The position numbers and the translations under genes were made by a program. From positions 24,428 to 88,427 of IMG/VR virus record IMGVR_UViG_3300034198_015569: 64,000 nucleotides of DNA. One strand, 5' to 3'. Source of the DNA: a virus. Position 1 is the stretch's first letter; each line of letters opens with the position of its first letter. The notes below the pieces were generated by a model. The model made no database searches and was not told the origin of the DNA. It saw only the letters and a list, made by a program, of their open reading frames with translations. This document shows, in pieces, positions 36,695 to 45,066 of this stretch.

Positions 36695-38110
36695 ATGAAT
36701 ACTTTCGCACGTAATGTAGCATCAAACGTTGGTGCCTCTTCTCCTAAGATTGCTAAGACCCGCACTGAAAATGGTGCAGTTGCTTACACTTCATCCGGCA
36801 AGGCCAATCTTGATTTGTTTGCTGCAATTGGCGCAGCCCGCTCCCGTGATCTAACCAATGATTTCAAGGCGGCTCTTAATGAGAATCCTGAATTGGCAAC
36901 ACGTATCCTTCTATGGGCTCGTGATTGTCGTGGTGGTGCTGGTGAACGTTCAACCCCTCGCAAGCTTCTAGCTGTGCTTGAGACTGTAGACGTTGAACTA
37001 GCAGAGAAGGTGCTTCGTAAGCTACCAGAACTTGGCCGTTGGGATGACCTTCTAGATAGCGTTAAGACCCCTCGCCTTCGTGAGATTGGTTTCGGCCTAA
37101 TCCGTGACGCTTTGGCGGCTGGTAACGGTCTGTGCGCAAAGTGGATGCCACGTAAGGGTGATGAGGCTATCCAGCTTCGTTCATTCCTTGGTTGGTCTCC
37201 TAAGCGTTACCGTAAGACCCTGGTTTCACTAACCAAGGTTGTAGAACAGCAAATGTCTGCTAAGCAGTGGAGTGAGATTAAGTATCAATCCGTTCCTTCT
37301 GTTGCCATGGCACGCTCGATGAAGGCTTTCAGCCGTAACGATACTGTTCGTTTTGGCGAATACTTAAATAGAGTAAAAAAGGGCGAAACAAAGATTAATG
37401 CCTCTGTGGTATTCCCACATGACATTATTCGCTCTCTAAAGAGCGGACAAACTGCCGGTGCGGATGCTCAATGGAATGCATTGCCTGATTTTGTTGCATC
37501 GGACGAAAACTTTCTTCCAATTTGTGACGTATCAGGATCAATGAGTGTAGCTGTATCGGGTACGGTTTCTGCACTAGACGTTTGTCTTGGTCTTGGTCTG
37601 TATCTTTCAGAACGTGGTAAAGGTGCCTTTAAGGATATCTTTATGACTTTCTCTGCCCGCCCAACTCTTCAGAAGGTAAGTGGTTCACTAAGTGAACGTA
37701 TGAACCAAATGAATCGTGGTGCTTGGGATATGAACACGGACATGGAAGCTGCATTTAATGCTGTACTAGATCACGGTATTAAGTACAAAGTTCCGCAGGC
37801 AGATATGCCAACCACACTTATTGTCTTCTCCGATATGGAGTTTGATCAGTGTATTCGTAATGGAAATGATACCATCTATCGCAATATGCGTAAGCGTTTT
37901 GCTGATGCTGGTTACAATGTTCCTAAGGTTGTGTTTTGGAATCTTAATTCCAGAAATAAGCAGTTCCCTGTAACTGCAAAAGACCCAAACACTGCACTAG
38001 TGTCAGGCTTCAACCCAATTCTTGTTAAGAATCTTCTTGGCAAGGCGAATATCACTCCAGAACAAGTAATGCTTGACACTGTCATGGTAGAGCGTTATAA
38101 TCTAGATTGA
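36695..38110 (+). CDS. Ro60/TROVE-related (DUF2828-like) protein with C-terminal vWA domain
   Basis: TENGA, RDCRGGAGER, GRWDDL, AKWMPR; vWA MIDAS DVSGSM, SDMEFD, VFWNL. Confidence 0.8.
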   Translation: MNTFARNVASNVGASSPKIAKTRTENGAVAYTSSGKANLDLFAAIGAARSRDLTNDFKAALNENPELATRILLWARDCRGGAGERSTPRKLLAVLETVDVELAEKVLRKLPELGRWDDLLDSVKTPRLREIGFGLIRDALAAGNGLCAKWMPRKGDEAIQLRSFLGWSPKRYRKTLVSLTKVVEQQMSAKQWSEIKYQSVPSVAMARSMKAFSRNDTVRFGEYLNRVKKGETKINASVVFPHDIIRSLKSGQTAGADAQWNALPDFVASDENFLPICDVSGSMSVAVSGTVSALDVCLGLGLYLSERGKGAFKDIFMTFSARPTLQKVSGSLSERMNQMNRGAWDMNTDMEAAFNAVLDHGIKYKVPQADMPTTLIVFSDMEFDQCIRNGNDTIYRNMRKRFADAGYNVPKVVFWNLNSRNKQFPVTAKDPNTALVSGFNPILVKNLLGKANITPEQVMLDTVMVERYNLD

Positions 38111-38145
38111 GAGTAGGGGATTCGTTCCCTACTTTCCTTAAGTTT

Positions 38146-38205
38146 AGGGCAATTTCAGCAAACATTTTAAATTTTTCTTTGTACGAAAAACTAAAAGTTG
38201 CCCTG
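38146..38205 (+). ncRNA. Y-RNA-like cassette 2 (anticodon-like hairpin TGT)
   Basis: AGGGCAATTT-CAGCA...AAGTTGCCCT-G; TTTTTC-TTTGTAC-GAAAAA. Confidence 0.65.
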
Positions 38206-38211
38206 TAATTA

Positions 38212-38275
38212 AGAACAATTTCAGCAAGTATTTAATACTTTTCCGCCAACAATTGGAAAATAAAACGTTGTTCTG
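38212..38275 (+). ncRNA. Y-RNA-like cassette 3 (acceptor-stem mimic)
   Basis: AGAACAATTT-CAGCA...GTTGTTCT-G; TTTTCC-GCCA...GGAAAA. Confidence 0.6.
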
Positions 38276-38293
38276 TTAAAATAAAGGATTATT

Positions 38294-38548
38294 ATGAATT
38301 TAGATGATGTTACTGCTGGTAATATGCGAACACTTTCCGAAAGATCGCTTCTTACTTTAAAAGAGGATGAATTTAGGAAAATTCGAAATCTTATTCATAA
38401 TGCGGCAAATTCTGGTGCATATTATATTCAATGTGATATAAAGTATCCAGAAACAGAGAATATGTTAAAAGATTTAGGTTTTAAGTTTAAAATTATGACC
38501 TTTAATAAAGATGTTACCACGTATAAAATTACATGGTGGATTGATTAA
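38294..38548 (+). CDS. hypothetical protein
   Basis: AAGGA RBS; embedded in cassette array. Confidence 0.6.
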   Translation: MNLDDVTAGNMRTLSERSLLTLKEDEFRKIRNLIHNAANSGAYYIQCDIKYPETENMLKDLGFKFKIMTFNKDVTTYKITWWID

Positions 38549-38554
38549 GAATTG

Positions 38555-38678
38555 AGAACCATTTCAGCAAATTTACTTTTATTTGCCTACGAAGCAAAAG
38601 GTGTCGGTTCGAGCCCGGCCCACCACACCAACTATGTGGTGGTAGTTTAATTGGATAGAACTTTATAAGGTGGTTCTG
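38555..38678 (+). ncRNA. Y-RNA-like cassette 4 containing circularly permuted tRNA-Arg(ACG)
   Basis: Order: anticodon arm, T arm, 3' acceptor plus ACCA, 5' acceptor, D arm, inside AGAACCA/TGGTTCT stem. Confidence 0.75.
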
Positions 38679-38695
38679 ATAAAAGATTAGAATTA

Positions 38696-38751
38696 AGAAC
38701 GATTTCAGCAACTTAAAAATTTCACTGTTAATGAAAACCAAAGTCGTTCTG
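38696..38751 (+). ncRNA. Y-RNA-like cassette 5 (anticodon-like hairpin GTT)
   Basis: AGAACGATTT-CAGCA...AAGTCGTTCT-G; TTTCA-CTGTTAA-TGAAA. Confidence 0.65.
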
Positions 38752-38760
38752 ATAAAATTT

Positions 38761-38870
38761 AGGATATTTTCAGCAATCTAAATTTCAAACAATGTAACAT
38801 GGGTTCGAATCCCATACATTCGAAAGAATGTTAGCCAAGTGGTAAGGCAATTGTCAAAAAAGTTATCCTG
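38761..38870 (+). ncRNA. Y-RNA-like cassette 6 (YrlA-type: T arm, capped acceptor, D arm)
   Basis: ATGGG-TTCGAAT-CCCAT, ACATTC-GAAA-GAATGT, TAGCCAAGTGGTAAGGC. Confidence 0.75.
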
Positions 38871-38981
38871 TTAAAATTATGGGCAAGACCCGAAATTCTT
38901 ATGCGTCGGGAGATATTACAAGCGTGTTAATGGGGGCTATGTAATAATTAAATTTCCGGTTGACAAAAAATTAACTTGGTG

Positions 38982-38989
38982 TATAAATA
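38982..38989 (+). promoter_or_regulatory. T4-type late promoter
   Basis: TATAAATA before tRNAs; TTGACA upstream. Confidence 0.6.
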
Positions 38990-38998
38990 ATAGAATAT

Positions 38999-39073
38999 TG
39001 CTGGCGGGAGGTTTAGAATCTCATTGGTCTCATAAACCAAAGAACTGGTGCAAATCCATGGCTTCAGCAACCA
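38999..39073 (+). tRNA. atypical tRNA(CAT)
   Basis: TTGGT-CTCATAA-ACCAA; degenerate T arm; ACCA. Confidence 0.55.
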
Positions 39074-39079
39074 ATTTAA

Positions 39080-39165
39080 TGCGGGGACAAGCCGGAGTGG
39101 CTAACTAGCCTCATAAGCTAGAGATTAATTTCTAATGGAATGTGCAACTCATTCCCCCGCAACCA
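39080..39165 (+). tRNA. fMet-like tRNA(CAT) with extended variable region
   Basis: TGCGGGG/CCCCGCA-ACCA; CTAGC-CTCATAA-GCTAG. Confidence 0.7.
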
Positions 39166-39336
39166 ACACGGTAAGGTTTACTATTCTTATCCCATATAAT
39201 GGTGTGATATTAATGGGTAAATCATATTGACGGCGAGGGCAAAGATCAAAGCGGGAAACCGGCACATTCGTTGTTCTATTTGAGGATAGACTTTGTGGGG
39301 GCCAGTCAATAATTATTTTAAAAGGTTAAACATTGA

Positions 39337-39831
39337 GTGTTTTGTTTAAATTGTAATAAAGAAACAAAGAATCCAAAATATTGTTGTAGATCATGTTCTG
39401 TATCTAAAAATAATTTAGGCGTACAAAGAAATAAACCAGTTGACAAAATATGTTTAAACTGTAGTAATAAAGTAAAACGAAATAAATCGAAATTTTGTTC
39501 TATGGAATGTTCCTTAAATTATAAGGCTATAGAAAAGAGAAGAGAAGTTTTAAGTAATCTTGAAAATGGAAAATATATTTCATTTAAGCAACTTAGAGCA
39601 CTTCTGTTAGATACATATAAAACTTGTCAAGAATGTAATATTGAACCTATATGGAATAATAAACCATTAAGTTTTCAAATAGATCATATTGACGGAAATA
39701 GTGATAATAATGACATTAAAAATTTACGGGTATTGTGTCCTAATTGTCATACACAAACTATAACATGGTGTTCAAGAAATATAAAAAACACCAAACGTAA
39801 TAAATATCTTAGAAGATATAAGGCTCCTTAG
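39337..39831 (+). CDS. HNH homing endonuclease
   Basis: Zn fingers; IDHIDGN..NN..NLRVLCPNCH; stop lies inside tRNA-Val. Confidence 0.85.
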   Translation: MFCLNCNKETKNPKYCCRSCSVSKNNLGVQRNKPVDKICLNCSNKVKRNKSKFCSMECSLNYKAIEKRREVLSNLENGKYISFKQLRALLLDTYKTCQECNIEPIWNNKPLSFQIDHIDGNSDNNDIKNLRVLCPNCHTQTITWCSRNIKNTKRNKYLRRYKAP

Positions 39832-39895
39832 TTAAAAAGGATAACATCTCTTTTACACGGAGAATTCGGCGGGGCGGTACCGTCAGGAGCTACCA
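39822..39895 (+). tRNA. tRNA-Val(TAC)
   Basis: TCTCT-TTTACAC-GGAGA; CCA. Confidence 0.8.
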
Positions 39896-39950
39896 AAATT
39901 TAAGAACAAGAAAGCGGCCATAATGCCGCTTTTCTTTTAAGTGGAGTAAT

Positions 39951-40523
39951 ATGAATACACATAAAGATTACGAAGTTTTTAGATCGCCACTTTTTGTATA
40001 TAAATGTTTATATGATAATTATCCTAATTTAATTAAAGGTGATGTATTGGACCCATCCGCAGGTGATGGAAGAATGATTTTAGAATTAATAAACCGTGGG
40101 AATAATAATAAACACATGTTGTGTGATATTCGAGAAGAAGAAATTACTACATGGAAAAACATTCCTTCTTTTATAAATGCTGAATTTAAAATTGGCAACT
40201 TTCTTGAAATTGAATCATTTCGTAAATTTGACTCAATTATCACCAATCCACCATTTACACTCACTGTACCCTTTATTGAACATGGTATGAAGTGGTTAAA
40301 AGACAATGGTAATATAGCCATTCTTCAAAGATCAAATTGGTTAGGAACATATAAACGAAGTCAGTGGCTTAAACAGTCAGGACTTAGATACGTTTTGGTA
40401 ATCCCTAAACGTCCCATATGGGAGATTGATGGGCGGGATAATCGCTCTGATACATATGAATATTTCTGGTTTATTTTTCAAAAAGGTTATACCGGATTAC
40501 CTGAAGTTGATTGGCTCTTATAA
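39951..40523 (+). CDS. DNA amino-methyltransferase (N6-adenine type)
   Basis: LDPSAGDG motif I; ITNPPF motif IV. Confidence 0.85.
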   Translation: MNTHKDYEVFRSPLFVYKCLYDNYPNLIKGDVLDPSAGDGRMILELINRGNNNKHMLCDIREEEITTWKNIPSFINAEFKIGNFLEIESFRKFDSIITNPPFTLTVPFIEHGMKWLKDNGNIAILQRSNWLGTYKRSQWLKQSGLRYVLVIPKRPIWEIDGRDNRSDTYEYFWFIFQKGYTGLPEVDWLL

Positions 40524-40740
40524 TAATTTCTTTTTGTCAAGATAAATACTTTTAAAATGAACATAATAAAAAATATTTTACTCGTAATTGGGCTATTGAT
40601 TTTTGGGATAGGATTGGTATTATTAGCCATCGTCGCTTTGGTTCCACTGATTCTAATTATTATTTCTCTAATAATAATGAAATTTGGAATTAGAGAGACA
40701 TGGGGAACGTTTTAATGTAAATGTGAGGGGAAGTTTTAGT

Positions 40741-41196
40741 ATGATTAAGCATAAGTATTTTGAAATTTCTAATGCTGACATTGACAATAACTTTGGTCTA
40801 TTTCGATCTTTGGCCCGCAATAATATCTACTCATCTGATGGAGTTTTTGAACAAACTTGGAATTATCCTAACGATACTATTCCAAATAAAGTTTATATGT
40901 CTGTAGCATTTATTGGCGAAGAGCCTCTTGCTGTTGCCATGGTAAACAAAAAGGTATATTATGGGTGGGAATTTACCAACTATGATATCAAGAAAACCGA
41001 TGGAATGTTTGGAGTTTTTGTGCATCCTCTCCATCGGCTACGTGGACTTGGCGAATATACTACGAATCATTTGTTTAAGAATTCTAACCTACGTCAAGTT
41101 TCTTTGGTGGGGGGAACTGCTGAAAGAATCGTTAAAAACGTAACTCCTGTAATGAAGTATATTCGGGCAGACGTTTTTAGCTCTATTTTGGCATAA
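40741..41196 (+). CDS. GNAT-like protein
   Basis: FVHPLHRLRGLG acetyl-CoA motif A. Confidence 0.55.
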   Translation: MIKHKYFEISNADIDNNFGLFRSLARNNIYSSDGVFEQTWNYPNDTIPNKVYMSVAFIGEEPLAVAMVNKKVYYGWEFTNYDIKKTDGMFGVFVHPLHRLRGLGEYTTNHLFKNSNLRQVSLVGGTAERIVKNVTPVMKYIRADVFSSILA

Positions 41197-41243
41197 GATG
41201 AATAAAAAGAGTTGGTAGGGGAGTGTCCCCTACCCAAGAGTTT

Positions 41244-41367
41244 AGGACTATTTCAGCAAATAATAGCTTTGGAAAAACCTTGTGTCGGCGGTTCAAATCC
41301 GTCTCTCCCGCCCAATCGGGAGATAGCTCAGTCTGGTAGAGCAAAGGATAGCAAAAAAGTAGTCCTG
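41244..41367 (+). ncRNA. Y-RNA-like cassette 7 (YrlA-type)
   Basis: AGGACTATTT-CAGCA...AAGTAGTCCT-G; GGCGG-TTCAAAT-CCGTC, TCTCCCG/CGGGAGA, TAGCTCAGTCTGGTAGAGC. Confidence 0.75.
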
Positions 41368-41390
41368 TTAATAACACATAAGAGGTATCA

Positions 41391-41645
41391 ATGACTCTAT
41401 CTAGCCTTATTTTAAGGCAAGCAGCAGCACATGCTGTTATCATTTCTGCATTGATGACAACATGTTGGTATTCGGTAACGATATATTTTTATAATACTGG
41501 ATATCCGATTACAGCCGGAATGTTGTATTTGGTAGTTTTCTTGTATTTTATGAGTATTGTTGAGCGTCGAAGACAAATGTTTATTGAATTTATCAATCAA
41601 TTAATGGTTATTACAGAAAATATAAATAAAATAAAGAAAAATTAA
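41391..41645 (+). CDS. small membrane protein
   Basis: GAGG RBS; two TMs. Confidence 0.55.
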   Translation: MTLSSLILRQAAAHAVIISALMTTCWYSVTIYFYNTGYPITAGMLYLVVFLYFMSIVERRRQMFIEFINQLMVITENINKIKKN

Positions 41646-41712
41646 TTTTTCTTTAAATCAATATACTAGAAAGGGGTTTTCTAGTATTCTTTAATGCAAA
41701 GGAGTTTTGCAC

Positions 41713-42825
41713 ATGTCTAAAAAGTTCAAGTTGGCCGTTTTCATTGGCCGTTTCCAGCCACTTCATAATGAGCACGTTCGCAATATTCAAACGTGTCTAG
41801 ATGTAGCCGACAAGGCTCTAATTCTTATTGGTGGCGCCAATCTTTCCCGTTCTCCTAAGAATCCTTTTACGTTCGCTGAACGTCGAGATATTATCTATAA
41901 TCATTTTTATCGTAAAATGTCTTTGGATGATATCCTTCCTTGTAATGAATATCAGTCTGATGATGATCGTTGGGCGGCAGAGGTTCAAAAGACCGTCTAT
42001 GGTCTTGGATACAAGGATGAAGATGTAACTCTTGTGGGTTGCAATAAGGATAATTCTTCATTCTATTTGAAGATGTTCCCTGGTTGGAAGGGAACCAATG
42101 TACCATTCCTTAAGAATATCAATGCGACTGATGTTCGTAATGATTTCTATAATTATGGTAACATTAATGTAAACCTTTCTCAGGAACTTCCTACTAGCAC
42201 CATTGATTTTCTTAATGATTTCTATTTCAACAAAAAGGAAATCTATGATTGGTTGGTGGATTGGCATAATTATGATCAGTCCATTGTGTGGATGAAGAAG
42301 CCCGTCGCTGATCTTGATACATTGATCAAGCTCTTCAATCAAAGTCAGAAGGCGGGGAAGGATTTTTATTTTACAAATTATCCAATCCAAACGCCTTGTG
42401 TTGATGCAGTTGTTACACAGTCGAATCATATTCTTTTGGTTGAAAGAAAGAACCATCCTGGCAAGGGGCTTTTGGCTCTTCCTGGCGGCCACCGAAATGA
42501 AGATGAGCGGGATATTGATGCTGCTGTTCGTGAGCTTCGGGAAGAGACTTGCATTGCGGATCGATACGGGGAAATTCCTCCTGGCAAGCTGAAGGATTTC
42601 ATTGTAAATCCTCAAGGTTTGAACGTGGATTGTCCCTGGCGTTCGGAAAGAGGCCGTGTGACCTCTACCGCATTTCATTTCAAGCTTCCTGATGTTACCA
42701 AGCTGTATAAGGTAACGGGAACTGATGATGCGGCAACTGCTAAGTGGTATCCTCTAGGTACTCTTAAGGATAATGATTTCTTTGAAGATCACAGAGATAT
42801 CATCCGTCAGATTTTGGGATTTTGA
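41713..42825 (+). CDS. nadM: bifunctional NMN adenylyltransferase / Nudix ADP-ribose pyrophosphatase
   Basis: GRFQPLHNEH, KNPFT; Nudix box PGG...AAVRELREET. Confidence 0.9.
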   Translation: MSKKFKLAVFIGRFQPLHNEHVRNIQTCLDVADKALILIGGANLSRSPKNPFTFAERRDIIYNHFYRKMSLDDILPCNEYQSDDDRWAAEVQKTVYGLGYKDEDVTLVGCNKDNSSFYLKMFPGWKGTNVPFLKNINATDVRNDFYNYGNINVNLSQELPTSTIDFLNDFYFNKKEIYDWLVDWHNYDQSIVWMKKPVADLDTLIKLFNQSQKAGKDFYFTNYPIQTPCVDAVVTQSNHILLVERKNHPGKGLLALPGGHRNEDERDIDAAVRELREETCIADRYGEIPPGKLKDFIVNPQGLNVDCPWRSERGRVTSTAFHFKLPDVTKLYKVTGTDDAATAKWYPLGTLKDNDFFEDHRDIIRQILGF

Positions 42826-42827
42826 AC

Positions 42828-42998
42828 ATGAAAAAATGGGAATATAAAGAAGCGTTCCATTATAAGTGGAGAAGTATCCACTTCATCGATTTTCTAAACG
42901 ATGAAGGCAATTCCGGATGGGAATTGGTTTCTTGGAAATTTGATAAAACGGAAGATGAATATCAATGCATCTTTAAGAGAGAGATTATAAATGATTGA
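42828..42998 (+). CDS. DUF4177-like small protein
   Basis: KWEYK...LN..G..GWELV...FKRE (below ORF-track cutoff). Confidence 0.55.
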   Translation: MKKWEYKEAFHYKWRSIHFIDFLNDEGNSGWELVSWKFDKTEDEYQCIFKREIIND

Positions 42999-43209
42999 TA
43001 GAAATATTAAAGTAAAACTAACTGAATTCTACATGGTCCAATATACACTTCCTGCCGGTGGAGACCAAAGAGATCATTGGTCTTCCCGTCTGGTACAAGA
43101 AACCTTTCGAACGGAAGATGAAGCAAATAATTTTGCTAGAAACTTCTCTCATCAGACAGTTGGTTCTATCGAAGTTTTTTATATAAAACATATAAAAGAT
43201 TGGCGATAA
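42991..43209 (+). CDS. hypothetical protein
   Basis: Coupled ORF. Confidence 0.5.
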   Translation: MIDRNIKVKLTEFYMVQYTLPAGGDQRDHWSSRLVQETFRTEDEANNFARNFSHQTVGSIEVFYIKHIKDWR

Positions 43210-43317
43210 AAAATAATTGATGTATGTATTAAAAAACTGGACAACTTGAATTGACACAGGTACAATATCATCCATCAAAAAGAAACATTTTGACAGATGA
43301 TGAGGTTAAGTTTTTAG

Positions 43318-43602
43318 ATGTCTCTATGTAACAATACTATTATTGTATTTGAGCGTTATCAAAAGATTTTACGTGAAGAATTGTGGGCAAATCCAATTGT
43401 AAATTTGGATGATCCCACTTCATTTAATCATCTTCTGTGGATGTGCGAAGAAACAATCTATCAACTTAAGAATAATCCAAGCTATGCTATGGATAAAGCC
43501 CATAGATGGCTTGGATATATTCAGGGGTGTTTAGTTTGTAAGAACGTAATCAAGGTCGAAACTGAACGCAATTTCACCAGACCTTTATTCACAAATATAT
43601 AA
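43318..43602 (+). CDS. hypothetical phage protein
   Basis: HLLWM...DKAHRWLGYIQG motif. Confidence 0.6.
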   Translation: MSLCNNTIIVFERYQKILREELWANPIVNLDDPTSFNHLLWMCEETIYQLKNNPSYAMDKAHRWLGYIQGCLVCKNVIKVETERNFTRPLFTNI

Positions 43603-43653
43603 TTCAACTGGAATTACAGGGGTTGTAATTCTTTAATCTAGCAAAAGGAGTTT

Positions 43654-45063
43654 TTGCAAATGCGTAATAATATTCTACTATTTACTGATAGCTACAAATT
43701 TTCTCACTACAAGCAATATCCCGAAGGCACTAAGTTTGTTTCTTCATACATTGAGTCCCGTGGCGGCATGTATGATAAGACTTTGTTCTTTGGCCTTCAG
43801 ATGTTCTTGAAGGAATATTTTTCTAAGCCTTTTTCTCTTGAAGATATTGAAGAATATGATGAGCTTTGTAGAGCCCATGGTTTTGAGCCTAATACCAATG
43901 ATTGGCTCGCCATTTACAATAAGTATAACGGTTATCTGCCCGTTGAAATTCAGGCAGTGAAGGAAGGAACCGTTGTTGACGGAAAGAATGTTCTTGTTCA
44001 GATTAAGAACACGGACCCTAATTATCCTTGGCTTACGTCTTATCTTGAGACTTGTATTCTTCAAGCAATTTGGTATCCCGTGACGGTTGCAACTCGTTCT
44101 TGGACCATTAAGCAGAAGATCAAGGCGGCTCTTGAAAAGACTTCTGACAATGCAGCCGCAGTGCTCCCGTTCCGTCTACATGACTTTGGCGAACGTGGTG
44201 TTTCTTCTCGCGAATCGGCTGGTATTGGTGGGTGTGCTCACCTTGTCAACTTCATGGGAACCGACACGGTAGAAGGCTTGCGTTATGCCCGCCGCTACTA
44301 TGGAGAGATGATGGCAGGATATTCTATTCCTGCCACGGAGCACTCTGTGTCTACTTCCTATGGCCCTGGAAAGGGCGAATATGATTATGTTGATCGTATT
44401 CTTACCAATCTAGAGAATGCTCCTAATGGTAGCTTGCATGCCATTGTGGCGGATACGTATGACGTATACAATTTCTGTGAAAATATCCTTGGAGGCGATA
44501 CCTTCCGCGATCGTATTAAGGCTCTTGCAGAAAAGAATAAGGTTCTTGTGCCTCGCCCTGATAGTGGTGATCCTATACTTGTTCCTGTAAAGGTTATTGA
44601 AATCCTTGGAGAAAAGTTCGGTTATACCGTTAATTCTAAGGGATTCAAGGTTCTTCACCATGCCGTTCGTGTAATCCAGGGTGACGGTATGAATGACGAA
44701 TCTGTTGAGATTCTTTTCTGCAACTTGATTGTTAAGGGATGGTCTCTCGAAAACATCGCCTTCGGTATGGGTGGTAAGCTTCTTCAGGGACTTGACCGAG
44801 ATACTTTGAAGTTTGCAATGAAGTGTTCGGCAGTTAAGGGTGAGCATGATTATGACTGGCGCCCTGCTTTTAAAGACCCTATTACCGATAAGGGTAAGAA
44901 GTCTAAGAAGGGCCGCCTTGGTCTTGTAATGAAGGAAGGTAAGTATATTACTGTTTCTGAAGTTGAGGCAGGTAAGAACAATCTTCTAGAGGTTGTGTAT
45001 CGAGACGGTAAACTTCTGCGAAATCAGTCGTTCACGGAAATTCGAGCAATTTCTAATAGTTAA
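43654..45063 (+). CDS. nadV: nicotinamide phosphoribosyltransferase (NAMPT)
   Basis: TDSYKFSH, LHDFG.RG, PATEHS, RPDSGDP, IQGDG, GMGG.LLQ. Confidence 0.92.
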   Translation: MQMRNNILLFTDSYKFSHYKQYPEGTKFVSSYIESRGGMYDKTLFFGLQMFLKEYFSKPFSLEDIEEYDELCRAHGFEPNTNDWLAIYNKYNGYLPVEIQAVKEGTVVDGKNVLVQIKNTDPNYPWLTSYLETCILQAIWYPVTVATRSWTIKQKIKAALEKTSDNAAAVLPFRLHDFGERGVSSRESAGIGGCAHLVNFMGTDTVEGLRYARRYYGEMMAGYSIPATEHSVSTSYGPGKGEYDYVDRILTNLENAPNGSLHAIVADTYDVYNFCENILGGDTFRDRIKALAEKNKVLVPRPDSGDPILVPVKVIEILGEKFGYTVNSKGFKVLHHAVRVIQGDGMNDESVEILFCNLIVKGWSLENIAFGMGGKLLQGLDRDTLKFAMKCSAVKGEHDYDWRPAFKDPITDKGKKSKKGRLGLVMKEGKYITVSEVEAGKNNLLEVVYRDGKLLRNQSFTEIRAISNS

Positions 45064-45066
45064 TAG

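Noticed and set aside
38529-38741. 70-aa minus-strand ORF (and 41183-41443, 41212-41394)
   Set aside because: Overlap the structured RNA cassettes; no RBS or motifs.
39063-39070. TTCAGCAA as an eighth cassette (also near 46447)
   Set aside because: Falls in a tRNA acceptor strand or a coding region and lacks the closing stem.
36626-41367. TTTCAGCA repeats as a CRISPR array
   Set aside because: Repeats co-vary as paired stems, spacing is irregular, inserts are tRNA parts, and there is no cas operon. The Cas4-like gene is an ordinary T4-like exonuclease.
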